Assembly: GCA_963737045.1 (NCBI GenBank)
Contig: CAVTRG010000002.1
Coordinates: 284,858-348,857, forward strand
DNA from: an uncultured Acidobacteriaceae bacterium
Lineage (GTDB): Bacteria; Acidobacteriota; Terriglobia; Bryobacterales; Bryobacteraceae
Length of the DNA stretch: 64,000 nt
Reading direction: 5' to 3'
The position numbers and the translations under genes were made by a program. Each line of letters begins with the position of its first letter. Within the stretch, counting starts at the first letter, position 1. Positions 1-8,887 of this stretch are shown here, one piece after another. The notes beneath the pieces are model-generated. The model had not been told where the DNA came from and searched no databases. It worked only from the letters and a program-made list of their open reading frames with translations.

Positions 1-14
1 CGAGCATTAGGCAA

Positions 15-449
15 ATGCAAATGGACCAGAGAGCGTGGGTAGGTCCGATACAGAGCGTCGTGCCTCCTAATGGCAGTCCCGAACACTATGGGGTAGTGAT
101 TACCAACACGGGCAAAACCCCAGCCAAAGAAGTCTTCACCAGAATTTCCACGCAATACCTCCCGAGCAGAAGCGTGTTCACGCCTACCTATTCGCGTAGT
201 ATTGGACCCCGCAGTATCTCCGTAATCCAGCCCAACATGAGACTCACAATCAACTCGTTGTTGGGTCCGCAGATGATAAGTCCGCAAGAACAAGCTGGCA
301 TCGTCAGTGGCGACTTTACGCTTTACATGTACGGCATTATTAGCTACAAAGATATCTTCCAGAACCGCAGAAAGGCGACCTTTTGCGTGATACTGAGCAG
401 GCGCATGACGGAGTTTACCGGGTGTGATACATACAATGACGCTGATTAA
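15..449 (+). CDS. hypothetical protein, possibly 5'-truncated by the window edge
   Basis: 144-aa ORF. Its frame stays open back to nt 3 with no upstream in-frame stop. No motif recognised, so coding status rests on length only. Confidence 0.35.
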   Translation: MQMDQRAWVGPIQSVVPPNGSPEHYGVVITNTGKTPAKEVFTRISTQYLPSRSVFTPTYSRSIGPRSISVIQPNMRLTINSLLGPQMISPQEQAGIVSGDFTLYMYGIISYKDIFQNRRKATFCVILSRRMTEFTGCDTYNDAD

Positions 450-846
450 ACACAGCAATCCAGCAAGCGGAAGGTGAGTCGCCAGCCTGTCACGCCAAGT
501 CGATGGTACTTTTTTCGGCATGGTTAGTCAACTGATTTATTGCCGATTTTTCATCATTGACCACTACGCCCTGAAGCCTTTCGTAGCGACAGCATCCGCA
601 CAGCACGGTAATCCAAAGAACCTGAGACGTGGAGATTTGTCTAATGTGTTCAGGAGTGAGCGCGATGGAAGATCCGAAACAGCTGATCAATAGGTATGTG
701 GAGGAGGGTTGGGCATCTTAAGTCTGGATGAACCGATTTTCGCCGCGCAGCGTCGAGTGCCGCGCTTCAAACTGTAAAGCCTTTCCGTAAGTGCTGTTCC
801 CCTTTTCAGGTTTTGAACAACCTTCGATATGCTCAAATAGCTGGGA

Positions 847-2493
847 ATGAAAAGCCGCGTGGCCAAGGGCCCTTTCAACCGCCGCGACTTCTTCCGGCTG
901 TGGACGTTCGCCGCCGCCATACCGATTTTCGATGTAAAACTCCCTCGCGGGCTGGATTTTACACTTCAGAACTCGCCGACACCGCAGAAGTTCCTCATCG
1001 AAACCATGCCCGGCGGAGTTGCGCTTTTCGATTACAATAACGACGGTCTCCTCGACATTTTCCTCGTGAACGGCGGGCGCCTCACAAGCGCTATGCCATC
1101 ACCTGAGACGTTCGACCGCCGCAATCCCCGCTATTGGAATCGCCTCTTCCGCCAAAATAAAGGCGGCAGCTTTACCGACGTCACCGAAGCCGCCGGTTTG
1201 GCCAACGCAGGCGTTGGCAACTACGGCATGGGCGTCGCAGTCGGCGATTACGATAACGACGGCTATCCCGACCTCTTCGTCACCAATTACGGAAAGAACA
1301 TTCTGTACCACAACAATGGCGATGGAACCTTCTCCGATGTGACAGCTAAGGCCGGAGTTGCTGGCGGCGGCTGGTCCGTCTCGGCTGGTTTTTTCGATTT
1401 CGACAACGACGGCCATCTCGATCTCTTTGTCGGCCGCTACATGGAATGGGACACGCGGCACAGCAAGACCTGCAACGGCTCCTGGCGTACGTACTGCCCG
1501 CCTGCGGAATTTCCCGCCACCACGAATCTGCTTTATCGCAATCGCGGGGACGGCACCTTCGAAGACGTCAGCGAAAAATCTGGAATCACCGCCAAGAAGG
1601 GCCGCGCGCTCGGAGTGGCCTTTGCTGACTACGATAATGACGGCTTCACCGATATCTTCGTATCGAATGACGGAATGCAGCAGTATCTATTCCGGAACAA
1701 GGGGAATGGAACCTTCACCGAGTGCGGTCTCGAGGTGGGTGCTGCGCTTTCCGCTGACGGCAAACCGCTTTCCGGCATGGGCACTGCCTTTCAGGACTAC
1801 GATAACGACGGACTTCCCGATATATTTGTCACCGTGCTGCCGCGCGAGATCTATGGCGCTTATCACAACGACGGACAGGGTTTCTTCACCAATCGCAGCC
1901 TCGAAACAGGCCTTGGCGCGATGACCGCTGGAAGCGCTGGCTGGGGTGTCGGCCTGGAAGATTTCGACAACGATGGCTGGAAGGACCTGCTCGTCGCCCA
2001 GAGTCACGTGCTTGATAATGTCGAAGCTATCGACCATTCATTGCATTATTTGGAGCCGCCTCTGCTTGCGTTGAATCACAATGGCCGTTTCGAGCGCGCC
2101 GCCTCCGGCGTCACGACTCCTATTGCAGGCCGCGGTTTAGCCCTTGGGGATCTAAACAACGACGGTTGGATGGATGCCGTGATGACTGTTCTCGGCGGGC
2201 CCCCTTTGGTCCTGATGAATCGCGGCGGCACTCAGCATTGGCTAACCATTACACTTCGCGGTACACGCAGCAACCGCGATGGGCTCGGCGCGCGCGTTCG
2301 CGTCAACGGGCAAACGCGATATGCCACAACCGCTGGAAGCTATCTTTCCGCGAGCGATAAGCGCCTTCATTTTGGCCTCGGCTCTCAAGAAACCGCCACC
2401 GTCGAAATTACTTGGCCGTCCGGCACACGCCAGACGCTCGCTAACATCCGCGCGAATCAGTTTCTCGAAGTACGTGAGCCCGAGCACTCCTGA
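847..2493 (+). CDS. CRTAC1-like FG-GAP/VCBS repeat protein with C-terminal ASPIC/UnbV domain and Tat-type signal
   Basis: N-terminal NRRDFFRLWTFAAA twin-arginine-like signal. Seven D-x-D/N-x-DG calcium-loop repeats (DYNNDGLLDIF, DYDNDGYPDLF, DFDNDGHLDLF, DYDNDGFTDIF, DYDNDGLPDIF, DFDNDGWKDLL, DLNNDGWMD). C-terminal RDGLGARVRV...SYLSASDKRLHFGLG block typical of ASPIC/UnbV. Confidence 0.9.
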   Translation: MKSRVAKGPFNRRDFFRLWTFAAAIPIFDVKLPRGLDFTLQNSPTPQKFLIETMPGGVALFDYNNDGLLDIFLVNGGRLTSAMPSPETFDRRNPRYWNRLFRQNKGGSFTDVTEAAGLANAGVGNYGMGVAVGDYDNDGYPDLFVTNYGKNILYHNNGDGTFSDVTAKAGVAGGGWSVSAGFFDFDNDGHLDLFVGRYMEWDTRHSKTCNGSWRTYCPPAEFPATTNLLYRNRGDGTFEDVSEKSGITAKKGRALGVAFADYDNDGFTDIFVSNDGMQQYLFRNKGNGTFTECGLEVGAALSADGKPLSGMGTAFQDYDNDGLPDIFVTVLPREIYGAYHNDGQGFFTNRSLETGLGAMTAGSAGWGVGLEDFDNDGWKDLLVAQSHVLDNVEAIDHSLHYLEPPLLALNHNGRFERAASGVTTPIAGRGLALGDLNNDGWMDAVMTVLGGPPLVLMNRGGTQHWLTITLRGTRSNRDGLGARVRVNGQTRYATTAGSYLSASDKRLHFGLGSQETATVEITWPSGTRQTLANIRANQFLEVREPEHS

Positions 2494-2499
2494 TCGCCA

Positions 2500-3573
2500 G
2501 TGTCCATGCATTCGCTCTTAATTCTGTGCCTGGCGCTCCAAAATATTTCGCCTCAAGCCGCTCAGCACATGCAAACGGGTGTCGAGGCCCACAAGCAAGG
2601 GCATGTCGACGCTGCCATCGCCGAATTCCGTCAGGCTACCGAGGCCGATCCCAATCTGGCTCAAGCGTTCCTCTTTCTGGGAGAAGAGTATTCGTTGAAA
2701 CACAACTACTCCGCGGCCCTCGCGCCTCTCAAGCGTGCTGCCGAACTCCGCCCCGATCTCGACGAAGCGCAACGCCAGCTCGGGTATACGCTCTTATCCC
2801 TCGGATACCCGGCGGAAGCCATTCCGCATCTTGAGCGCGTCCATGCAGTCGAGGCCCTCGGAATCGCGCAAATCGAAACCGGCCAATATCAGGAGGCAAT
2901 CGCCAACCTAAGCACCGCACTCGCAGCGCGCCCGAATGACCCGGATCTGCTGTATTACGTAGGGCGTGCCGGTGGCTTGCTCTCAAAGCGATCTATCGAC
3001 ACTCTGAACGAACTGTATCCCGATTCGGCGCGCTCGCATCAAGCGTTGGCTGAGAACTATTTCGTATTGCGCCAAATGCCGCAAGCGGAAAGCGAATTTC
3101 GCGAAGCCCTGCGGCAGCGGCCCGATATACCTCGACTTCACCTCGAGCTCGGCTTGGTGTACGCGGGCAGCGCGCAATGGGATAAAGCGGAAACAGAATT
3201 TCGCGCCGAAACCAAGCTGCAGCCGGGCAACGCCGAAGCGAGTTATCGCCTTGGAAACGCATTGCTCCAGCAAGGCAAAGCACGAGAAGCCCAAACGGAG
3301 CTGGAACGCGCCGATCGCTTGAAACCCGGCATGCCGGAGACGCTTTACTCACTGGGAAAAGCCGCTTCGCTCAGCGGCGATGCTGCGGGCGCCGAGAAAG
3401 CTTGGACGCAACTGCTCGAAATCGAGAAGAACACCCCTCTCGCTGCGCAAGCGCACTTCGGTCTCGCCGCACTTTACCGCAAACAGCACAAACCGGCGCA
3501 AGCGGCAGCGGAGATGCACGAATTTGAAAGGCTGCAGAAAACCGCTCCGCCGGCCGATGCCACACCGAAGTAA
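2500..3573 (+). CDS. tetratricopeptide (TPR) repeat protein, probably secreted
   Basis: Starts 6 nt after the previous stop (GTG 2500 or ATG 2506). Hydrophobic N-terminus MHSLLILCLALQ. Successive 34-residue helical repeats with the TPR pattern, e.g. AEASYRLGNALLQQGKAREAQTELERADRLKPG. Confidence 0.85.
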   Translation: MSMHSLLILCLALQNISPQAAQHMQTGVEAHKQGHVDAAIAEFRQATEADPNLAQAFLFLGEEYSLKHNYSAALAPLKRAAELRPDLDEAQRQLGYTLLSLGYPAEAIPHLERVHAVEALGIAQIETGQYQEAIANLSTALAARPNDPDLLYYVGRAGGLLSKRSIDTLNELYPDSARSHQALAENYFVLRQMPQAESEFREALRQRPDIPRLHLELGLVYAGSAQWDKAETEFRAETKLQPGNAEASYRLGNALLQQGKAREAQTELERADRLKPGMPETLYSLGKAASLSGDAAGAEKAWTQLLEIEKNTPLAAQAHFGLAALYRKQHKPAQAAAEMHEFERLQKTAPPADATPK

Positions 3574-3610
3574 TACACTTACATCTTCACCCTTAAAGGG
3601 CTAATGGCGG

Positions 3611-5395
3611 CTACTGCTCTGAATAAAGGGTCTTCATACGGAAGGCGCGGTAGCCCACGTTTTTCGGATCAGCTTCCTCAAAGACCAGCCCACCGCCCGT
3701 AGTATATTCGACGGTTTTCGAATTGGTCCCCCCAATAAATCCCAGATGGAAGTGATAGTTTCCTGTGGACAGAAGCTCGGCGCTTCCGGTCGCATAGGAA
3801 TAGGCGCCCAGATCGAGATTCAAAACGGAGGTTGCGATCTTGTTAGCTTGATCGAGTCGCCACGATTGTCCTCGGCTGTTCCCGCCGAAATCCGTCACCC
3901 GGGTGTTGCCATTATCGAAGAGCGTCAGGAGCCCATTCGACGCGAACGTCACGTCGTGCTGATGCGAGAACCACGGATGAGGGTCGCTTGATTTGACTTT
4001 GAAGTCGCCTTCGTTTCCGAGCCTCCATATAATCGACCCGTTCCCCTTGTCATTGTTGTAGTTGATCTTGACAACCCAGTCCTGATGCCGAATCGAAATG
4101 ATGAGATCGCCATCTGGAGTCGGAGCAAGCGAATTCGAGTGAGTCCAATCGTTGGCCACTGAATAGCCGTGTGCGTACAAATGAGGGCATCCAGGATTTC
4201 CCTGCACGCACGTCTCGCCCAAAATAGCCTGACGCGTAATATCGAGGTGATCAAATTCGTTCCAGAACCATTTAACCTGCAAATTCGAATCCAGGACGAT
4301 CGCCATGTCCCCCAACACATCGACAGTACCCGAGCCCTGGTTGGTGACCTTCTCGACACTGCCAATCAGGGCCGTATAGCCGTTTGGAAAACGGAAGACC
4401 TCGTGGTGAACGGACGTAATCGGATCGGTACCGAGAGCAGTGAGCTGCTGGCTTATCGCCGCCGCATTCGTTTCGCGGACCAGATTACCTGCCATGTCGT
4501 ACTCACGAAGCAGCCTGCGGTTGTTAGCAATTCCTGAGTTATCGTCGGCGACACCGAGAAAATCGCCACCCACAACCGGCCTTGTGATATACCCACCCGT
4601 GTTTTCGTACGCAGGCAGGTACCAAATCAGATTTCCCAAACTGTCGGTCGCAAACGGAACCCCCTGGGTAGGAGACGTAAGGACAACTGGATAGGTTGTG
4701 TGAAGAGCCGATTTCGGCACAGTGTATTGTTCAATATTGATACTGGAGGGAACCGCACCCGTTGTGAACGTGAGCAGCGGGCCTGCAGTATCATGACCCT
4801 GGCTATAGACGTGACCCTGTATGGTGTACTCGGTCGAGGGACGCATACCGCCAACGTAGAAGTTCATGCTCGTGGTTCCATTACAAGTCTTCGACGAGCT
4901 GGCGTACCAGTAAGTACCTGCCGTTCTCCTGAAATGAACCTGTGCAATGGATCCAGCTGGGCAGGCCGGCGCACTATAGAGAGCGACCAAAGGATGGCTC
5001 GTTCGTGAAACGACAGGAGAGGTCCCTGTCACACGCGAGTTAATTATGAACGTCTCCTCTGCGGTTGCGGGAGTGCCTTCAGAAGACTCCTGTGCAGCGA
5101 CCCGAATCACGTACGTCCCCTCGTGATCATTAGGAGTCCAAGGGAACGTGTTAACTGCTGAGAAGTCCCGGCGAACCTGCAATTCAGTCGCTGAAGGCCC
5201 CGCACTGAATTGATATTGAAAGGAAGCACCCGAATTGGCTGAGTCAGTAGCTTTCGCTGTCCAGACAACCGTGGCCCCGACCTTTGCAGTAGTCACGGAC
5301 GGCGTGAGCGTAACGGTGATGGTTGCTGAAGCCATCCCTGTAAACGAAATGGCTCCGAGACTAAGCGAGGCGATCAGTGAAATCATTCTGTGCAT
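3611..5395 (-). CDS. arylsulfotransferase (ASST)-like beta-propeller protein with N-terminal Ig-like domain, secreted
   Basis: Start moved to the ATG at 5395 (MHRMISLIASLSLGAISFTGMASA signal peptide). The longer ORF would nearly abut the lptFG stop. Blocks such as HSNSLAPTPDGDLIISIRHQDWVVKINY and WFSHQHDVTF resemble the ASST family as I recall it. The family assignment is less certain than the coding call. Confidence 0.6.
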   Translation of the reverse strand: MHRMISLIASLSLGAISFTGMASATITVTLTPSVTTAKVGATVVWTAKATDSANSGASFQYQFSAGPSATELQVRRDFSAVNTFPWTPNDHEGTYVIRVAAQESSEGTPATAEETFIINSRVTGTSPVVSRTSHPLVALYSAPACPAGSIAQVHFRRTAGTYWYASSSKTCNGTTSMNFYVGGMRPSTEYTIQGHVYSQGHDTAGPLLTFTTGAVPSSINIEQYTVPKSALHTTYPVVLTSPTQGVPFATDSLGNLIWYLPAYENTGGYITRPVVGGDFLGVADDNSGIANNRRLLREYDMAGNLVRETNAAAISQQLTALGTDPITSVHHEVFRFPNGYTALIGSVEKVTNQGSGTVDVLGDMAIVLDSNLQVKWFWNEFDHLDITRQAILGETCVQGNPGCPHLYAHGYSVANDWTHSNSLAPTPDGDLIISIRHQDWVVKINYNNDKGNGSIIWRLGNEGDFKVKSSDPHPWFSHQHDVTFASNGLLTLFDNGNTRVTDFGGNSRGQSWRLDQANKIATSVLNLDLGAYSYATGSAELLSTGNYHFHLGFIGGTNSKTVEYTTGGGLVFEEADPKNVGYRAFRMKTLYSEQ

Positions 5396-5528
5396 TGTTT
5401 TGATCCTTACTTTCGAATCGCCGCTCTCCATGGGCCGCGTCCTGCTTACACGGTTGTGCGGCATCGACCAAGATTTTTTTGGTCCCAGTAAGTATACGCT
5501 AAGGTTCCCGGACGAACCGGGCACGCGC

Positions 5529-7877
5529 CTAGGTCTTCATCCGCGCCATCAAGTACAGACCGGCAAGCGAGAACACCACATCCGGCGACCACGCCGCCAT
5601 CACCGCCGGCAATTGGTTCAGATCGCCAATCTGCTCGAACAGAGTCCCGACCGTCCAGTACGCAATCGCAATACCGAAGCTGATGCCGACCCCCGTCATC
5701 GCCCCCCGATTCCCTGCCACAAACGCGAACGGAATGCTGAGAATCGCCATGATCAGCGCGAAAAGAGGAACTGCGAATTTCTTGTAGTACTGCACCTGCA
5801 GCGGCGTCGTATCCAGACCGCTCGCCTTCAGCTCCCGAATATACTGCCCGAGTTCCTGGAAGTTCATCTCCTTGTATTCCTTCTCTTCTTTCACGAACCA
5901 CGAGGGCGGCTCGTTCAGTTCGGGAAACGAGGCTGAACTGCGATAGAACTGATGATAACTGTCCGCATTGTTCCGAACCGTTTGGCTGATGCCGTTTTGA
6001 AATACCCAGGTCTTCAAGTTCGGCTCCCAGCGCGCGCGATCGGCTGAGATCTGATGCACAATGTGAAAACTTTGCGGATTCAGCTCATACACGTTCACCT
6101 TCGACATCATGGCGGCGTGCGGATCGAGGTAGCGGTAATTGTAAATGCGCGAGCCCTTTCCGTACACCCACTGCCGGTCCGGGCGCAGATACGTCTGCAC
6201 CGGTTTCTTCTTGATCTCGCTGCGCAGCATCTCCTGACGGCGATTCGCCTCGGGAATATAGTAATGGTCGAATGCAAACAGTAGACCGCTGATCAAAAGG
6301 CTCACAACTAAGACCGGCATCGCCAGCCTGTGCACACTGATGCCGCCCGCCTTGAAAGCCGTGACCTCGTTGTATTTTGTAAGAATTCCAAAACAGATCA
6401 GCGACGCCACAAGCGTGCCAATTGGCGTTAAATCGTAGATCAACTTCGGCGCAAGATGAAACAGATAATCGAGCATCATCGGCATGCCGATATCGTTCTT
6501 GATCATGTCGCCCAGCAGTTCGAAAAATGTGAAGACCTCGATCAGCGCGACGAGCGCAGTGAGTAGTATCACCAAGTAGAACAGAAAGCCGTTCAGCACA
6601 TACCCATCGATGAGCATTGGCCAAAGCCCGAATCGACGGATGTTTCTGAAGCCGAGCCGCTCCCGCCGCAATGGCCGAACCGACTTGAAAGCATCGATGG
6701 CTCGCCCTGCCAGCCCTCGCAGCCAACTCATCACATCCCGATCGCCAGGCCTCTCGAGTCTGGCCAGCAGCGTGATTCCTACCACCGCAAATATCACGTC
6801 CGGAGTCCAGACCGCAATGGGAACCGGCAGGCTCCCCTTTCTGGCCAGCCCGATCAGGCTGATGAAACCCATGTAGTACAGGAAGGCCAGCAATACCGTA
6901 AAGACGAATGCGGCGGACTTTCCGCCTTTGCGCGACGAGACGCCCAGCGGAATTCCAACCAAGCCCAACAGAATGCAGGCAAATGGAAGCGCGAACCGTT
7001 GATGCAGTTCGATTGCGGCATCCGTGTAGTCCTGCGGCGTGAGGTCATGCGCATAACGCACGCGCTTATAGAGAGGGCCCGTATCCATCTCTTGCACCGT
7101 CTTGTTGACCTGCAGATCGGCAGGCTTTTGAGCCTGCAGCGCCTCAATCTGAATGGGAGCCGCCGTCGTGATCACCTTGCCTTCTTTGTCGCGCTCACTT
7201 GTTCGCACACCGCGCATATCGAGAATGATGCGGTTGTGGGCGGCGTCCGGATGCGGAATAGCTTCTTGGGCCACGATGATTCGCGGACCTTCGCCGCGGT
7301 TCTTGCCCTGCTGCTGCAGTTCGTCAGGGGGCGTAACGTCCGCCATGAAAACCTGATGCCAGACCACCTGCTTACCCGCCGCGACCACCTCACCCACATA
7401 CAGCACCGTGTTTGGAAATTGCTCATCGAAAATCCGCGACTCAATGTCCCCGGTTAGCTGCGATGCTGCTAAATTACGTGCGATGTTCGATTCCAGATGC
7501 AGCGACAACGGCGTAAGCCAGAGTGATGCCATTGCGGTTACGGTAAGAGCGAGAAAAGCAAAGAGCAGAACCGGCCGGGCCACCGTAACGCTTGAAATGC
7601 CGGAAGCGCGCATGGCGGTAATTTCGCTGTCCGACGACATCCGGCTCAGACCGATCAGGATGCCGACAAGCACGCCCAATGGCAGCGCAAACGGAATCGT
7701 CGAAGGCAGAGCATAGAGAAAAAGCTTAGCGATCACCCCAGGCGAGGCCGACGTGCGCACCAGCAGTACAGAAAGGCGTTCGATCGTTCTCAGAAAGAGA
7801 ACAAAGACAAACAGCAGCGTTCCGAGGCTTGCGCTCGTGACAACTTCTAGGAAAATGGCCCTGCTCAGAATCCGCAT
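5529..7877 (-). CDS. LPS export ABC permease, LptF-like and LptG-like halves fused in one polypeptide (YjgP/YjgQ family)
   Basis: Uninterrupted 782-aa ORF. The first half starts MRILSRAIFLEVVTSASLGTLLFVFVLF... The second half restarts at about residue 395 with ...LIDGYVLNGFLFYLVILLTALVALIEVFTFFELLGD. Each half has an N-terminal TM bundle, a long periplasmic insert and C-terminal TM helices. Confidence 0.85.
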   Translation of the reverse strand: MRILSRAIFLEVVTSASLGTLLFVFVLFLRTIERLSVLLVRTSASPGVIAKLFLYALPSTIPFALPLGVLVGILIGLSRMSSDSEITAMRASGISSVTVARPVLLFAFLALTVTAMASLWLTPLSLHLESNIARNLAASQLTGDIESRIFDEQFPNTVLYVGEVVAAGKQVVWHQVFMADVTPPDELQQQGKNRGEGPRIIVAQEAIPHPDAAHNRIILDMRGVRTSERDKEGKVITTAAPIQIEALQAQKPADLQVNKTVQEMDTGPLYKRVRYAHDLTPQDYTDAAIELHQRFALPFACILLGLVGIPLGVSSRKGGKSAAFVFTVLLAFLYYMGFISLIGLARKGSLPVPIAVWTPDVIFAVVGITLLARLERPGDRDVMSWLRGLAGRAIDAFKSVRPLRRERLGFRNIRRFGLWPMLIDGYVLNGFLFYLVILLTALVALIEVFTFFELLGDMIKNDIGMPMMLDYLFHLAPKLIYDLTPIGTLVASLICFGILTKYNEVTAFKAGGISVHRLAMPVLVVSLLISGLLFAFDHYYIPEANRRQEMLRSEIKKKPVQTYLRPDRQWVYGKGSRIYNYRYLDPHAAMMSKVNVYELNPQSFHIVHQISADRARWEPNLKTWVFQNGISQTVRNNADSYHQFYRSSASFPELNEPPSWFVKEEKEYKEMNFQELGQYIRELKASGLDTTPLQVQYYKKFAVPLFALIMAILSIPFAFVAGNRGAMTGVGISFGIAIAYWTVGTLFEQIGDLNQLPAVMAAWSPDVVFSLAGLYLMARMKT

Positions 7878-8222
7878 CTACTACTCACCAGTATCTAGCC
7901 AGGCTATTTTCTAGCGCACAAATGAGCGTGCCAACCACCTCCTCACGGGCGCGGTTCGGTAGTGTCTGTAAATACACTCCGATTCCGATCCGCGCGTTAT
8001 GGAGTGTGAAAAAGCCGGCATCGAGGCATTGCCCTCGAAACCGAGCCTGTAGCGTAAGCGACAGGTTAAGCCGATTTTTTCTCAATCCCGCCAGACGGCA
8101 TTCGCACTTGCAACCGGCAGGACGAGCGCGCTTACAGTTTACGCCTACGATACACAACGATGTCATCGCCGTGAACGCCATTCGCGCAGCGCGGCGGCCG
8201 GCGCGGGCACGACGCCTGGCGC

Positions 8223-8702
8223 TTACTCTACTCTGTAACCGACGCCGCTGATTGCATTCCCGTCGACCACTTCGAGGATTTCCTTCCCATGGTTGACGAC
8301 TATAAAGTGAAAATCGATCGGTGGATTACCGGGAATTAAGATCATAGCGGATCCAGTGCAATCCGGATTCACGGTGTAGGTCCCGCTGGATGGTCTCCAC
8401 TCCTCCCCCGGAGGCACGCCGTTCAGAACGACATGGTCCACCTCGGTTATCCCACCTTCGCCGTCAAAGTGAGCCAGGATTAGGGTACGTAAGAGGAAAT
8501 TCGGGCCAAGGATCGTACCTTCCAGCTTGGTTCCGTAATCGCCAAGGAGCGTTCGATTCGAGCACGCACACGCCTTATGCGCTTGCGAAGTCTCTGAAGA
8601 GTTCGACTGCCCAAATGCAAGCGTGCCTGATGCCAGGGCGAAGCAGGCAGTGAGGATTCGGGTAAAAATAATCGAAGTGATGGAGGTTGAATTAGCTTTC
8701 AT
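8223..8702 (-). CDS. hypothetical small secreted protein
   Basis: Start moved to the ATG at 8702, which gives a signal peptide (MKANSTSITSIIFTRILTACFALASGTLAFG). No family recognised. Divergent from the regulator at 8888. Confidence 0.5.
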   Translation of the reverse strand: MKANSTSITSIIFTRILTACFALASGTLAFGQSNSSETSQAHKACACSNRTLLGDYGTKLEGTILGPNFLLRTLILAHFDGEGGITEVDHVVLNGVPPGEEWRPSSGTYTVNPDCTGSAMILIPGNPPIDFHFIVVNHGKEILEVVDGNAISGVGYRVE

Positions 8703-8887
8703 AGGTGCCCGATCTTCGCACCGGCCCGGGCAAGCGATCAATACACGGGAGGTGAACTGAAGGTGAACTAATGGGGAGCCATCTAAAGATCGCCGGATGC
8801 ACATGTTAGCGCGGCAGGTAAACCGTGCTTTCCGCGTACAGACGGGAATTGGGTTATACTCCATAGCCGGGGTGATGAGGGTTTCAG

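Noticed and set aside
519-692. A 57-aa plus-strand ORF, plus small minus-strand ORFs, in the 400-bp gap before the ASPIC gene.
   Set aside because: I found no motif, ribosome-binding site or conservation signal to support them. The gap is treated as intergenic/promoter region.
5396-5524. An upstream extension of the ASST-like ORF. There are analogous extensions at 8703-8864, 26822-26968, 31634-31846 and 47816-47920.
   Set aside because: In each case an internal Met gives a proper signal peptide or the family-typical N-terminus. The extension would also overlap or abut the neighbouring gene.
5235-5936. A 233-aa plus-strand ORF bridging the ASST-like and lptFG genes.
   Set aside because: It is antisense to two supported genes, has Arg/His-rich low-complexity sequence, and shows no motifs.
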